From Protoeuglena noctilucae (taxonomy: Eukaryota): a DNA stretch of 64,000 nt. Made by a program: the position numbers and the translations under genes. Positions 1 to 13,800 of the stretch are shown in pieces. The stretch lies in assembly GCA_958009085.1 (NCBI GenBank), contig OY253685.1:806001-870000 (forward strand), given 5' to 3'. The notes beneath the pieces were generated by a model. That model worked only from the letters and a program-made list of their open reading frames with translations, was not told the origin of the DNA and searched no databases. How positions within the stretch are numbered: position 1 is the stretch's first letter; every line of letters begins with the position of its first letter.

Positions 1-1548
1 CGAGCGCGTCGCGGGCCAGGCCGGCACCACGCCGCCGCCCGCTCGATGGGAGCGCTGTTGGTGGCGCAGCAGGGTGCTCCAGCCCCGCTGGACCACATTT
101 GCACCCGGGGCCGCGCGGCGACGTCTCGTGTGCCGCGCGCAACCCTGCCCCGGGTAGCCGGCGCTCCCATTTTGCCCGAAAAGGCGCAGATTCCTCCGCC
201 TGCCACCGCTCTGGCCTGAGTCTCGCCAGGCAGCCCTCGTTTGGTCCCTCCCCTGTCCCCGTTCCCTCTCGCCCTTTGCGAGACCCCACTGCCGCGCTCG
301 AGGAGGATTGCTAGCCACCGTCCGGCCCCCAGCACTGCCGGGCTGTCCGAATGGGGCGCGCTTGGCGTGGGGTGCCCTCGCTCGCCGCCCTGACGCAGCT
401 GCGCCAGAATGGGCCCCAGTATCCTAGGGTATCCATACCCTCGCCGTCTCCTTGTCTTCGCGTAGCAGCCACCCATGGCGTTCCCCGCCATGGCTCCGAC
501 TGGCACCCCCCGGTGGTGACACGAATGCAGAGGCCGCCCTGTCGCCGAGTTGAGGCTCGGCAATGTGTGCGCCTGTCGCTTCGCGGCACGCCCTCCTGCC
601 CCGCAGCCGCCCGGTCCGCCGCCGCGTTCCGCCGATGCACCTCCCCGTTCGATTGCCCCGTTTCGCGCCCTGCAAGCCTGCGTTTGTGCCCTCACCTACC
701 GCCCGGGGGCGCCCTTTAGCCTGTTCCGTCGCCACGACCTCGTTTCGGGACCTAATCCGACGTGCGCCCTTTCCGGTGCGTAGCTGCTAGCCTTAGGACG
801 GAGCTGGCGGCCTCCGGGCCCCCCTGCCCGCCCCTCCCGATGGCTCTACGAGCCGCATCTTTGCACCCCTCGCGTCTCGCCCCTGGCGCCTCAGCTGGCC
901 GGCTTGAAGTGCGGAGAGCACGATACGATCGCGACTGGAATCGCAGATGCAACCGGGAAGGCCCTAGATGGCAGAACAAGCGAGCGAGGGTGCAGCTCTG
1001 GCAGTGGACGGGAGGAACTCGACGAATCGATACTAGTACTGTGCAAGGGATCGCGAAACCCCGGAAAACAGCACGGACGTGGCAGGTGTCAACCACTGGG
1101 GACGCAGCGGGCGCTTCGGAAGGGTCGCGATGTACGGCCAACCCAGCCGACTCAGACCACGTCCCCAACGTCCCTCCTCGACACCACGCTCTCGCCCGTC
1201 CGCGGCCGCGCCGGCGACGAGCCCCCGCCGTCGTCCTGCACCACCGCTCCGGGCAACGCCCCCGCCAACGACCCTGGCCCGTCCCGTGGCCGCCCCCGCC
1301 CCTCGCCATCCCCCGCCGCCCCGCCGTTGCCGCCGCCATCGCCGCTCGCCTCGCCTCCCGCCCGCCCGCCCCTCTGGACCTTTGCCCGGCACTCGCCCCC
1401 GCCGAACGTGATGTGCTAGACATCTCCACCACGTCTCCCGGCCCAATCACGACCACCCCGCTCTCGCGGTGCTCGCGCGCAGTCGCGGTCGGGGCCTCCG
1501 ATGGCTGCGGGGAGAGTCCGAGAAGCGGGACGCGTGTGAAGTCAAGCT

Positions 1549-4078
1549 TCACTCATTGTGAAACCCATCCCCGTCACGCCTGCCTCCTCTGCCGCTATCC
1601 CTCACCTGTCTTGCCCTCCCTTCCCTTTCCCCCGTCCCTCCCTCCTCCCCGCCCTCCCCGCCCCCCTCGTTGGGCTTCTCCTTCACCTCCCGCACCTGCG
1701 CATATGACACGCACACGATTGCTGAATTTCAACGAACAATCATTAGCTACTGGTGAGTGGCTAGGGTCCTCATACCCTCTGCCCCTCTCGTAACCACCCC
1801 TCACCAACCCCACCCAGCCCCTCACCTCCACCGCCGCCCTCATCCACTCCCCCGCGTCATCCGTCCCCGCATGCGGCAGCACCACCCCCAGGTACAGCGG
1901 CACGTCGTCCCCATCCCCTTCACCCTCGCCCTCCCCGCCCGCCCCCTCCATCCTCTCCCTCCGTTGCTGCGACAGGATCATGTTGATCGACTCCCGGATC
2001 CGCGTGTCGTCCAGCTCACCCACCAAGTCGACCCCCAGGCGTGGCTGCTGGAAGAAGGCCTCGAATGTCGGCAGCTCCATCAGGATGTCCCGGGGCGGGA
2101 AGACGGCGGGGTTCATGCGGGGGCTGCGGAGGGAGGTGGGTGGTGGCAGCGTGGGTGGCATGGCAAGGATGGGTGGGGCGACAGGGGAAGCTGGCGTAAC
2201 GAGGGTCAGTAACACTGAATGTGGCAACAGTGGGTGGGCGGTGAGTGTCGGTGGGGTGGCAAGTGTCTACGGGGTGGCAACGGCAGAGGTGGCTGCGCTC
2301 ACCGGAACACGAACATGCATGAGGTGAGCAGGAGGTAGTCGAAGATGTCCTGGAGCAGCCTCGCGAGCCACGGCTCCTGTGTCTGGAACACGATGGCGAA
2401 CTGGCGCACGAAGCGGCTGGCCGTGTAGATGCACAGGATGGCGAGGAGGGCGCGGTACATCTGCGGAGGAGAGACGTACAGTGTCCTTGCGGTATCTGCT
2501 TTGCTTGGCCCTGTTTCGAAACACAATTGCCATCGTATGCACGCGTAAATACACGTACCCACAGTACATGCGAGGTACACAGCCACGACTGTGTTAATCA
2601 CAGCCCAGCATGCCATGTGCTCACCGCGTACTTGGCGAGGACGGGCAGGGTGCGCAACACAGCGGGGTCTGCGCGTCCGTGGTTCTGCTGCTCGACCAGC
2701 ACCACCAGCCTCTGGCACGCGCGCAGGAACCGCGTGTTACGGTTGACGCCGTGGATGAGCACCCCCATGAGCACAATGAAGAGGAGATAGACGATGTATA
2801 AGAGGAAGCTGTCGTTGCCGATGAACTCGATGCCGGCCATGACGGCAAAGATGTACGACATCATGAGGGCCACTGGGGGGACGGGCGGAGATGGGGAGGT
2901 GAGGTGGAGGGAGCTGAGGGAGCTGAGGCAGGGACGGGGAGGTACCCGAGCGCATGCCTTGACATACCCCTTAGGCGCAGACCGGAAGCCGCAGGCAGAA
3001 GCACGAAACTACAAGACACTGCGCTCGACTCACTCAGGGTCCACTCGTAATTTCGCAGGTAGCCCCGCGTGAGGGAGAGTCCCTTGCAGATGAGCAGTAT
3101 GGTGGAGAAGAGGAGAGTGTACACGAGCACCGTCACGAGCCCGGCCCCCTCCGCCACGCCCCCGGGCACCAGGCCCCGACTGGAGAGGATCTGCCAGTAG
3201 GCGTGGCGCAGCGTGAAGTTCCCCACGTACCCGGCGGACGTGGCCACGAAGCCCCAGTGGAGGTACACGCGCCTGCGGTCGTGGTGCCAGAAGATAAAGG
3301 CGAACGCCGAGGCCGTCGTGCTGACCCACAGGACCACGAAGGTGAGCGTGATGAGCGGCATGGGGAGGTCCGTCGTGCTCAGGTTGTCGCCGTCCGCCTG
3401 CGTCAGGTGGCCGTCGTAGGACATGACCAGGTTGTCCGACGAGCAGTTCAGGCCGCCCAGGTAGTACTCGCCAGGGCTGTGTGGGGCAGGGGAACAGGGG
3501 CAGGGTCATAGCTGGGGTTCGGGTTGAGCACGCGGCACATGTGCAACCCTTTGGCGCAATGATGCAGCCCCCCGATCGTTGCCTGGCACCGGTCCCTGTA
3601 CCAAACGCAGCAGCACGGGGGTCGCTGGACCCACTGTGCTCGCTGCGGCTCACCGTGGCTGCTTCGTGCCGTCGTTGAACTTGGAGAAGGTCACGTTCCA
3701 TTTGTAGGGCGTCATTTGCGAGACGAGGAGGTCCTGGCGCGACAGCTGCGTGCCCACGCAACCCTCCGGCACGGGCTGGAGCCCCCGGCAGAAGCTCGCC
3801 TTCCCGCGGTCGCTGGCATAGGCGAGCTGGGAGTACGCGGACAGGTCGCACACGACCAAAGCGATCGAGTCGTCGGTTGAGACGGAGCTGTTGAGCAGGG
3901 AAAGCTGCACGCGGGCCGTGGCGTTATCGCCAAAGCCGAATACCGCGAAAAATGCCACGTCGTCGCTCCCGAACGCCGCCGTGCCCGATATGTAGATCCC
4001 CCAAGCGCCCGTCACGAGCGCGAGGAGCCCCACCAGCGCGACGACGGCCCGCAACGGGGCCCCAGATGGGCCACACAT
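1549..4078 (-). CDS. GPR107/GPR108-like (GOST / lung seven-transmembrane receptor family) protein
   Basis: Exons 4078-3654, 3476-3034, 2872-2625, 2460-2303, 2123-1826, 1695-1549 join in phase at GT-AG sites. Signal peptide (VVALVGLLALVTGAWG), luminal FGF motif, G.Y.L...NC segment, NLSTTDLPMP before TM1, several hydrophobic helices and FVFRP after the last TM, as in GPR107/108. The last exon is uncertain: the tail could splice further towards about 1150-1420. Confidence 0.7.
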
Positions 4079-4617
4079 GACAGAGACGTCCCCCCTCGCC
4101 GCCGCACGTCCCACAGCGCGAGGGCCGCGCTGGTCAGAGGGAAAACTTCAACCTGCAGTGCGAGTGGAACCACAGAATCTCGCCCCCGCGTACGGAAGCG
4201 CCCGCGGGGGCTGTGCGTGTCCACTTGCAGCGCACCCCGCTCCACGCGAGCCTCGCGCCAGCCCTCGCCTGCTACTCCCCCGTCGCTGCCAAGCACGCAC
4301 TCTCGTGTGATAGGTCGGCCGCGTAAATCGCTCGGCGACGACAGGCCAGCGTTTTTTCCGGGACTGGCCCGCTGGGCGGGAACGGGAACCCGCGGTGGGG
4401 TTAGCTAGAAAAACTTAGTCGTGCCTGGGTAGCGGGGCAGCATTTCGATGGCTCTGCGGCGTGCGGTAATTGACCCCAGGTTTCCATCCCGGGTTTTCCC
4501 CCGTTTTGCTTTCTTGATAAATACTGCGGCTGACATGTCCATCTGTTCAACATGGGGCCGCTGGAGACGTAGGGGTGCCGCAGGGGTGGGACAGGGCTCG
4601 AGGGACGCGGCGTGCCA

Positions 4618-7600
4618 ATGTCTTCGCCGTCCGGTGTCGTCTGTGATGCGGTGGTGACGTGCCACGTCGGTACTGGCAACAACGTGTGTCCTCCTGGTGC
4701 GATGCACGCCCACCCTGCCGCGGAGACCCGCGCTGCGCGGCGCAGCAGCGTGGTGTCCGCTCGCGTCACTGGGGGATCGCCATCGCCGCCTGGCCATCCT
4801 TGCAGGCTCCGGGCGCCTCTCTCTGCCAGCAAACCTTCTCGCAAAACTCGGTGGGACGTTGGGCAGCGTTCTCCGCGTCAGCTTGCGCCCCGCGCCGACC
4901 CCTGGGCCTGCGACCCCAGCCGGCCCGGGCGAGCCCGCCGAATGGGTCTTCCTCTGCGTGGCGGGTCCCTTTCCCCAGCAGCACGGCGCCTCGAGCGCCC
5001 GGACGGCGCCTGCACTCCTGGACCCTTCTGTGCAGCTCCCAGACTCCCTCGGGCGCTTGGCCGACCCCGCGACGCTCGCGCGCGCGCCCGCAAGCGGCGG
5101 CCGACGCCCCCCGCTCGTTCATCAAGCTCGTGTCTCGCTACTCGGCCCTCCGGCGACCACCGCGGCGGCCAGCTGCACCGTCGCGGCCCCGCCTGCGCTG
5201 GCGGCGTCCCCAGCGTTGCCTCTGCAGCTCGCCGGCCGCCTCGTCGCCGCCGGGTGCCGCGTACTCCTCGATCCTTCACGCGGTGCGGACGCTGCCATCG
5301 ATGTCCTAACGACGGAGCCGCCCTCCAGTGCCGGTCGGGGTCATGCCGTCCGCATTACACCCTCCACTCACATCTCGGTCGTTGGGGGTGCCCCAAGGGG
5401 CGCAGAACTGCCGAACGACGCGGAGCCGGCAAGCGGTGCGGGCAGCTTCCGGCGATTCGCAGGAGAGGCAAGAGAGGGCAGCGAGGGGGGTGGGGCAGGG
5501 GTGGGAAGGGGTGTCGATGAGGGAAGCGGGGGTGAGGAGGATCAGCTGGGTGAATCTTTGGGGAAGCTGGCGCTCACGGAGGAGCCAGGGGACGCGAATG
5601 GGGAAGAGAGGGCAGGCGGAGCTGGGGAAGCGGCAACAGGGGCGACAGGCGCGGCTGTCACGGGGGAGTGGGCGAGCGATGCCACGCTAGCGGGGAGCGG
5701 CGAGGCCATGGCCTCAATCAGGCGAGTTTGCATGCAAGAGCAGAGTGACGATGGGAGGCCGTGTTTGCTTAAGCCAGAGGATGAGTGCCTGACAAGCGAC
5801 TGTCGATGCGCTTCGTCCCCACAGGGAGGTGGTGGTGTGGCCGGTGCAGTACGCCCGAGAGGCAGCGGAGCTCGGGGTGCGATGGCCGACGGGTGCTTTG
5901 GTGCACGGGCCACCAGGAGTGGGCAAGTCCACCCTCGTGGCTGCGGCAGCACGCGAGGTGCGATCCAGGCGTGCAGCCACGGCACCATCCTGTGCCTGCG
6001 CGTGTGTGAACTGTTCTGGTCATGCATATCGTGCTGGACTCGTCCTGTCTAATTCAAATCTCCCAGACCCTCCCCAGGCTGGTGCGGTGCTGGTGACGGT
6101 GACGGCGGCTGCGGTGGCGGGGGCGTTCGTCGGGGAGACCGAGGAGCGGCTGCGGGCGTGCTTCGCGCGCGCGAGAGAGGAGACCCTCCAGGGCCGTCCC
6201 GTTGTGGTCTTTTTTGACGACGTGGACACCCTGTGCCCCAAGCGCGGCTCAGCACGGCAGCACGAGACGCGGGTGGTGGCGCAAGTGCTGACGCTCCTCG
6301 ACGGGGCAGCGTCCGTGCGCCCGCCCGGGGCCGGGCACCTCGTTTTCGTCGCGGCCACGAGCCGCCCCGGCGAGGTGGACCCAGCCCTGCGGCGCCCCGG
6401 TCGGCTCGAGCGTGACATCGCGGTCCCGGTGCCCACGCAGCGCGAGCGACTGGACATGCTCAGGTGAACAGTGCCTGAACATCGTTGCATGTACCAGACA
6501 CGTGCCAGATGTGCTAGATGCAAAGCCCTGGCTGGTCTGTTGTAAACACACAGGCTTCGCACGCGCCGATTCCCCCTGGCACACGACGTGGATTTGGAGA
6601 CGGTCTCCCGTCGTTTGCACGGCTTCACGGCCGCAGACGTCGCCAGCCTTTGTCGGGAAGCCGCCGTGGCGGCCATCGCAGACGCAGCCGATGCAACGCA
6701 ACAAGGTGCGTGCCGGCTGCGACACCACTTGTGCCGCAGCAGGGGTGCCGTTGCGCACGATGCAACTTGCCCTCTTGCAGCATGGGGTCTGCGTGCGATC
6801 GAACCGGTGTCAAACACGGTCCGCTCGCCACGCCCTCGCTCGCCACAGGCAGCACAGCATCCCTCCACCCCACCCGCAGCCCCGCCCGTCACGGCCCTCT
6901 GCTTCGAGCAGGCCCTCGCCCGCGTGCGACCCAGCTTGGCTCGCGGATTCGAGGCCCCCGTGGCCCACACCACGTGGGACAACATCGGTGGGGCGGATGA
7001 AGCCAAACGGAGACTGCGGCAGACCGTGGAGTGGCCCCTTCTGCACCCGGACGCCTTCGCGCGCATGTCGCTCGCCCCTCCCCGCGGCGTCCTGCTCTAC
7101 GGCCCCCCGGGGTGCTCCAAGACAACCCTGGCACGCGCAGCAGCAACCGCCACAGGTGTCGCCTTTGTGCCCCTCTCCTGCGCCCAGCTCTACAGCAAGG
7201 TGACACGGCTGGCTGTGAAGCTGACCCTTGTGGTGAGCTTCGTCATCATAAGCAATTGCAATATTCAAGCTCTCCTTCTCTCCACCATCGCAGTACTTGG
7301 GGGAGGGCGAGTCCCTTCTGCGAGATGCCTTTCGCCAAGCGCGGCTGGCAGCCCCCAGCATCGTCTTCCTGGATGAGGCGGATGCGGTCGCGGCCAAGCG
7401 GACCGAGGACGACGCCGCGGGGGGATCCGAGGCGGGGCTGAGGCTGCTGTCCACACTGCTCACTGAGATGGACGGACTGGAGGTGAGGGACGCGGGGCGG
7501 CGATGCGGCAGCGGTGTTCTGAACTGGTGCCGACACTCTGCTGCCTGCGATGTGCGGGGAGTCAGCGACGGGATGGCCGTTTTGTGCTTTGGTAGTGTCG

Positions 7601-8163
7601 TGAGATGCTCTCCGCACTCCCTGTGCCGCAGCTGGCCACGGGCGTGGTGGTCCTTGCGGCGACCAACCGTCCCTGGGCGCTGGACTCGGCCCTCCTGCGC
7701 CCCGGCCGTTTTGACCGCCTCGTCTACGTCCCTCCGCCCGCCAAGCGCGACCGGCTCGACATCCTGCGCATCCACGCCGGACGCTCCCCCCTCGCAGAAG
7801 ACGTCGACCTCGACGCGCTCGCCAGGCAAGTCCCAGTGCCTTTTGGGAGATGCCAGGACTTGATGCCGGGCTTGGATTGCCAACCAAGGCGAACATGTCT
7901 GGCCAGCCTGCGCGAGCTGTCTCGCCGCGCGATCCCCCCATGCGACCCGGCGTTTTGTTCGCAGCCGCACGGAGGGTTTCACGGGCGCAGAGCTCCAGAT
8001 GCTGTGCCGGGAGGCGGCGCTCGCAGCCCTGCGCGAGGACGGCCCCGCCGCGATTCACCAGAGGCATTTCGACGGAGCGCTGCGATGCATGCGGCCCGCG
8101 TTGGACGCCGGGAAGATGGCGGAGTTCGAGCGCTTCAACGCCTCTCGCCAGCGGGCGAGCTGA
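4618..8163 (+). CDS. Double-AAA ATPase, AFG2B/SPATA5L1 (plant CDC48B)-like
   Basis: Exons about 4618-4696, 4746-5721, 5825-5957, 6078-6463, 6554-6705, 6880-7199, 7294-7482, 7632-7825, 7965-8163. D1: [27 protein letters not shown]2: [41 protein letters not shown]. Two GC donors (5722, 7826). The start codon is tentative. Confidence 0.85.
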
Positions 8164-8444
8164 CGACCCTTTGGTTCTGGCATGGCGGCGAGGGGTCGTG
8201 GTCCATCGTAGACGCCCGAGCGCGTGCGGAGCTGATAGAACACATCGTTGTCTGTCGATGCGCTCGAAAAGGTGGCATCTTCGATCGTCGATCCTGCCCC
8301 TCACTCCAACCCTAGCCTCCGACGTGTGACGCCCTCCACGAGCTTGCTGCGAGCTCGAGAGGCCCACAGAGTCGCCGAGCGGTCGCAACATCGTACGCTC
8401 CAGTAGTGGGGTGCATCGACGCGATCGGGGAGATCGTGTGCCGG

Positions 8445-10070
8445 ATGCGACCTGTGGCGCAGGCGTGCGATGCGAGGGTGTGCCTCGCAGGCATCCAAAG
8501 GGGATCTGTCGGGACGAGTGCCGGTCGCGGTGAGTCCATGTCACTTCAACTGATGAGACGATCCGAAGCGAGGCTCTTTGTCCGGTGATTTGACGAGCTT
8601 TCGTTTGGCAAATCTCGACTAGGCAAAAAAGTCGATCGGCATGCATCGGGATCCGATGACTTGGTTTTAAATAGATCGTTCGTCGCGAATTCATGTCGAG
8701 CCCTGCTCACGGCACGATCGGCGACGGGCTGGTGGGCCCGGTCCTCCCCAGGCCTCCTCTGGCGCGCCTCGTCCCCTTCCACGCGCCATCGTGTGCGGCG
8801 CCCAGCGTCCGTGGACACCAGCACCGCGGGGGATCGGCAGACGCGGTCGTGGCGGGGCACGTGGGCGGCGCCGGAGGCAGATGGGCTCCGGACCATCAAC
8901 TTGGCCGTGAATCTGACGATCCTTGCCGGGCTGGGCGCCGCCGCACTGGGTCACGCGCTCACGGTCGACGCGGACATCTCCCGTGGATGGACGGTGTGGG
9001 AGACGCTCCGCAACGTGCCATCGAGCAACCGGGAGCATTATGAGCGGCTCCTCGACACCGATCCTATCTTGGCGAAGGCATGCATCTCGGGGTTCGTGTA
9101 CTTTTTGGTGCGTGCCTCATGAACAGCGCTGTGTGACGAGCGGCAGCACGTGGTGCTCGGCATCACGTGCGCACGTGCAAGCCATGCCAGGGCCCCTGGG
9201 TCCCACACACCGGTCACGCCTGCCTGTCACCGAGCCGCCCCGCGCAGGGAGACCTCACCGCGCAGACATACGAGGGCCGTGGGCTGGGAGACTACGACCG
9301 CCTGCGCATGCTGCGGTCGGCGACGTGTGGGTTCATTGCCCACGGGCCCCTGAGCCACGCTTACTACATTTGGATCGACGGCCTCGCCTCTTCCATCGGT
9401 CTCGAGCAAGGTCGCTGGACGACCACGATTGCGAAGGTCGCGTTCGACCAGACGGCCTGGAGCCTGTTCTGGAACAGGTGCGTGCATGTGTATGCCATGC
9501 GTGTGGTTCGCCAGACGCTGGCAAGCAAGGCTTATCTCGCAATTCAGCCCAGCGACATCCTGCACGCTTGCCGTTATATGCAGCACGTACTACGCCTTGC
9601 TGGGCGCCATGAAGCTGGAGAGTCCGGCGTCGATCGTCCGGACGGTGCGGGACACCTGGTGGCCCTGCCTGTCCGCGGGGTGGAAGCTGTGGCCCGCAGC
9701 ACACCTCCTCACGTACAGCGTGATCCCACAGGAGCATCGCCTCCTGTGGGTCGACACAGTCGAGATCGTCTGGGTCACGCTCCTGTCGTACATGGCATCG
9801 AAATACCAGGCGCGCGAGGCCGGCGCCGGCAGCGCCCCGCGCGACGGCTGCACCCCTGGCGAGGGCATGGTCGCCCAGGTCAGCCTCCCCGGCCCGGTGT
9901 CCGGCGGCAGCGCGGTGGAGGAGCTCATGCACGCGGTGGAGAACCAGGACAAGGTGTCCTTCGTGGACGCCGAGGGCCGGGAGACGGTGCACGAGGCGAG
10001 GGAGGTGTGGGAGCACGAGTCGGAGCAGGGCTGCGCGGAGACGTCCCGCCCCTGCAAAGTCGCTAGCTGA
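8445..10070 (+). CDS. Mpv17/PMP22 family membrane protein, probably plastid-targeted
   Basis: Exons 8445-8529 (tentative), 8752-9107, 9248-9477, 9584-10070. Motifs PILAKACISGFVYFLGDLTAQ, HGPLSHAYY, KVAFDQTAW and GWKLWPAAHLLTYSVIPQEHRLLWVDTVEIVW. Arg/Ser/Ala-rich N-terminus. Confidence 0.88.
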
Positions 10071-10862
10071 GGCTGCCTGGGGGCCACGTAGACATCGCCC
10101 GTGCAGCAGCTTTCAGACCCAGTCGCAGCAGACAGTCTGGGTCGCTTTCATCTGGGGCTCTGAAGACTTGAACTCTGACTTCTGAACGCTAGCTGCGGTT
10201 GCCAGTGCAGCCGCTTTCTCGCTCCTGCGCCTCGGCGAATCGGTCAATCCGCATGCTTGGCGTTTGAAGTGTTTGATGGAGGCTGGACGGCCAGGTTCGC
10301 GGCAGCCGTCGGGATCTCGCGCCCGCTAACAACGGAGGGCGCCCCGGGCCAAACTCGCGTGCGGAGCACCGTGAGAGGATCGCGGTCATTGCCTATTCGA
10401 ACTAGCGTTGCTGAGGTGACCCGCTCGCCATTTTCTGCCGCGACAGGTGCCCCGGCGCCGCGTACGCAACGCGCACCGATGCGCACCCCGAGCTACGTCC
10501 GCTCGGGAGGCCCGGACAGGGCATCTCGAGAGATGCGCGACACCACAAACGTTCAAAACTTCTCAGATCAAGAGAATTTGGAGGGAAATTTGGCCTCCGT
10601 GGCGCAGGGTGGGTGGCGACGCAGAGCGATGGCTCCTCCCGATCCTCTGCTCCCGGCTCTCAACGTCTTTGCCCCCTCGTGCGTGCAGGGATCCAGGGCC
10701 TGAACCTGGGCACTCCGGCGTGCCAGTCCCGCAATCTGCGCAGCCTGCTGAAGTCGCCAGCGGCGAAGTTCTTCGACCTGGAGGCAAGGGCGCGGCAATC
10801 GTTTAGTCGCAATCGCCTCTGCATTGGCAGACCCTTCATCATGGCTCGTATGATGCTGTGGA

Positions 10863-13800
10863 ATGCTTTCTGCGCTCGGAGACCCGAAAATGGGGTGGTC
10901 TGCAGCGGCGCAACGGAAACGCCCTCATGTGACGCCCTCACAGGCGACGGTGGAGAAGAGGAGAGGCGCGGAAGCAACGGCCCACGCGCTTGAGGACGAC
11001 GAGGAAGATGACGGCACTGACTCGGATGCGGGTGAGACTGGGTCAGGGATACCCTTACAAAAGCACACGCCGCATCCCGCGAACGGCCAGCCAGCTGCCA
11101 GCGCTGCTCTCGCCGTCCCGCAGGAGGCTTCGTCGTCCCGGACGACCACGTCGAGTACAGCGCGGGTGCCGAGCCCCCGGAGGATGACGGCGACGAGAGC
11201 CAAGGCTCAGAACGTGCTGCAACCGCGGCCTCGGACGCTCCAGGCTCCAGCGTGAGCGCCCTGGCTCATTCCCCCAACGACAGCACCGCGTCCGGACCAA
11301 CACAGGCGTCAGAGAAGCGGCAGTACGCCCTTCGATCGACGACAGTGCGGACGCGAGGTGACAGTCGGCCACAACACGCTCTTCCTTGTGGGGTGGAGTG
11401 CGCCATGCGCAATGGGTCCCACCAAGCGGTGGCGCTTTGACGCCGCAGGTGGGCCGAGGCTGACGCGCGGGCAGATGCGCGCGCTGGAGGACATCCGGGC
11501 CCGAAGGCGGGGGGAGCGGGGCGCCCGGCGGTGCTTTGTGCTGCAGTCATCCAGCGAGAGTGAGGGCGGCAGCGACCACGACAGCGAGGGTAGAGACGAG
11601 GGCAGCGATGCCGGCGCGGAAGAGGGCGCGCGTGGCGGGTCCGAGGGCTGGCCGGGGGCGGATGCAGAGCACGAGACGCAATGCACCGCGTGCGACACCA
11701 GCGCCCGCACGCGCACCAGCTCCGGTGCCGACCGCGCGGAGGCCTCGTCCGCTACCTCCTCCGGGGTATCGGTTTACGGCAACGCCCTGATGGGCCTCGA
11801 CGAGCCCCCCAACACCGTCACAGTGACCAGGCGCCATCGACCCCGCCCACCGCGCAACTCTCCAGACACCCAACCCTCGAGCAGCGACGAGCGGCCCGGC
11901 TCGAGGGGATCTAATAAAGGCAGCCGCCTGCGTCGTGTGGGTCGGAACGGGTCGGTGCGCCTCTCCCCGCTGTCCCTGGGAGATGCCATGGGCAGCCCGG
12001 GGGCCGCCACAGCGGGGGCGCACTCTCAAGAGGCCTCGTTCGGGCAGCCGGGGTCGGGCATATCTTTCCGTGCCTCCGAGCTCTCCTTCGGCAACGCTCT
12101 GGGCCCCCGGGACGACCCCAGCGCCCACGGCGACGTCGGGGAGGTGTCGTCGGGGCTGCGTGCCCAGGGCGGTGACTTCAGCTTCAGTTTCGGCGGGGGT
12201 TCTCGTTCAGGACCCGCGGAGCGCAACTGGGTGGTCGGCAGCGGTCCGTTGACGTCGCGGCTGGGCAGCCAGTCGACAGGGCCTGGCACGGGCGGGTCTT
12301 CAGGGACGGACGGGACAGAAGAGGGGTCGTCTGAGGTGGCAGTAGAGACGGCCCGGGGGACGCAGTCGGGGTTGGAGTCACAGGAAGCATCGATGGGCGC
12401 GGAGTCGGCGTCAGAGGAGCTCTCTGGGACCTTGGTGGGGCGTGGCGACGGTGCGGGTACGTGGCGCGAGGAGAGCGATGGTGGGTCAGGGGACTCGTCG
12501 TCGGGAAAGGACGGGGCACAGGATAACGTGGATGGGGCGGCCTCGTCTGGAAGCCCGTCGACGTTCGGGTCCACCCGGCGCGCCCTTAGCTTCCAACGGT
12601 GAGATGAGATAACGCATCACGAAGGGGCGTGGTGCTGAGCCCTGAGTGTCGCTTCTTGTGAATGTACCCACACCCGTGCCCTCCACCCCGCACGCAGGGG
12701 CACCAGCCAGGCCTCCCAGGCGCCCAGCACAGCGTCGCGCACCTCCCACGCGCTCGCAAACAGCCCCGCCGCGCACGCTGCCTCGCCTCGCGCCCCCAGC
12801 TCGACCCACCCGGCCGACGCCCCCGCCACGCCTCAAGCGATGCACCCCGCCACCCCGGGCAGCATCCCGAGGACCATGGTCCTCTCCAGCCCCGGCCTCA
12901 GCCTCGCGAGCGCCGGTGGACGCAGCCCGCTGATGTCCCCCCAGGACTCTGAGCTCAGTGCATTAGCCGAGTCGCCATGCGTAACCTCGCATGCCCCGGG
13001 GGGTTCCACGACAGCCCAGGCAGCCGCGGGGCCGTTTCCGTCGCCCCCGGCGCCCTCGGCGCTGCCGCCGCCCGCATCAACGTGGCTTGGAGGCGACGGG
13101 GCAGCGGGAGGTGATGCGATGGGTCCCCTGCATGGTTGCCAGCACAAGCATGCTGCAGGCGGGGTCAGCGGCGGGGTGACGCTCGCGGCGTTGTCTGGGG
13201 AGGATTGGCTGAGGGAAGTGCTGCATGAGACGGCACACGGAGCGAGGCCGGATGCCAGAGCAGCCGGCGGTGGCAGTACGGGTGTGGGGTCGGCGGTGGA
13301 TGCGCCTGTGCTGGAAGCAGGGAAGCGCGACAGGCCCCTGCGGGAGCTGAAGCTCTTCGTCAACGACCTGCTTCAAGGCAGCGGCGCAGTCGACGGCTCT
13401 GACGCAGCCAGCGCCACGGATCCCAAGGTGCGTAGCCAGTGGCTGCTTGCAGTGCCAGAGTGTGCGGTGCGGCGCCCCGGTTGGCTGCTATTCGAATGGC
13501 GTCCAATGTCCTTGTTGACGTATATCGATTCCCCTCTCTTTGGGTTTCGATCCCTCACTGGTCACCAGCGTCGGTCTCTGCAGGGCGGCAAAGCATCACG
13601 AGGCGCCAAGGGCAAGAGGGGCGCGAGGGCGGCCCAGGCTAACACAGGCGCAACTCACGAGGGGCTAGCCGCAACTGAGGGAGCGCAGGATGAGGGGCGC
13701 ACAGGCGACGGCTCAGTAGGCGGGACCCACGCGCCCTCTCAAGCGCCCCATGGCGGGGCGGCGGTTGGGGCCGCGACGGAGCCCAAGCCGGGAAAGCGCG

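Noticed and set aside
1..1548. Possible gene start at ATG 170 (-) running off the window, and ORFs 752..1552 and 762..1793
   Set aside because: No recognisable motif and no convincing splice chain. Part may be the 3' tail or UTR of the 7TM gene.
8693..9043. ATG 8693 as the Mpv17 start
   Set aside because: It is out of frame with the conserved domain. A phase-1 exon at 8445-8529 fits the acceptor at 8751 better.
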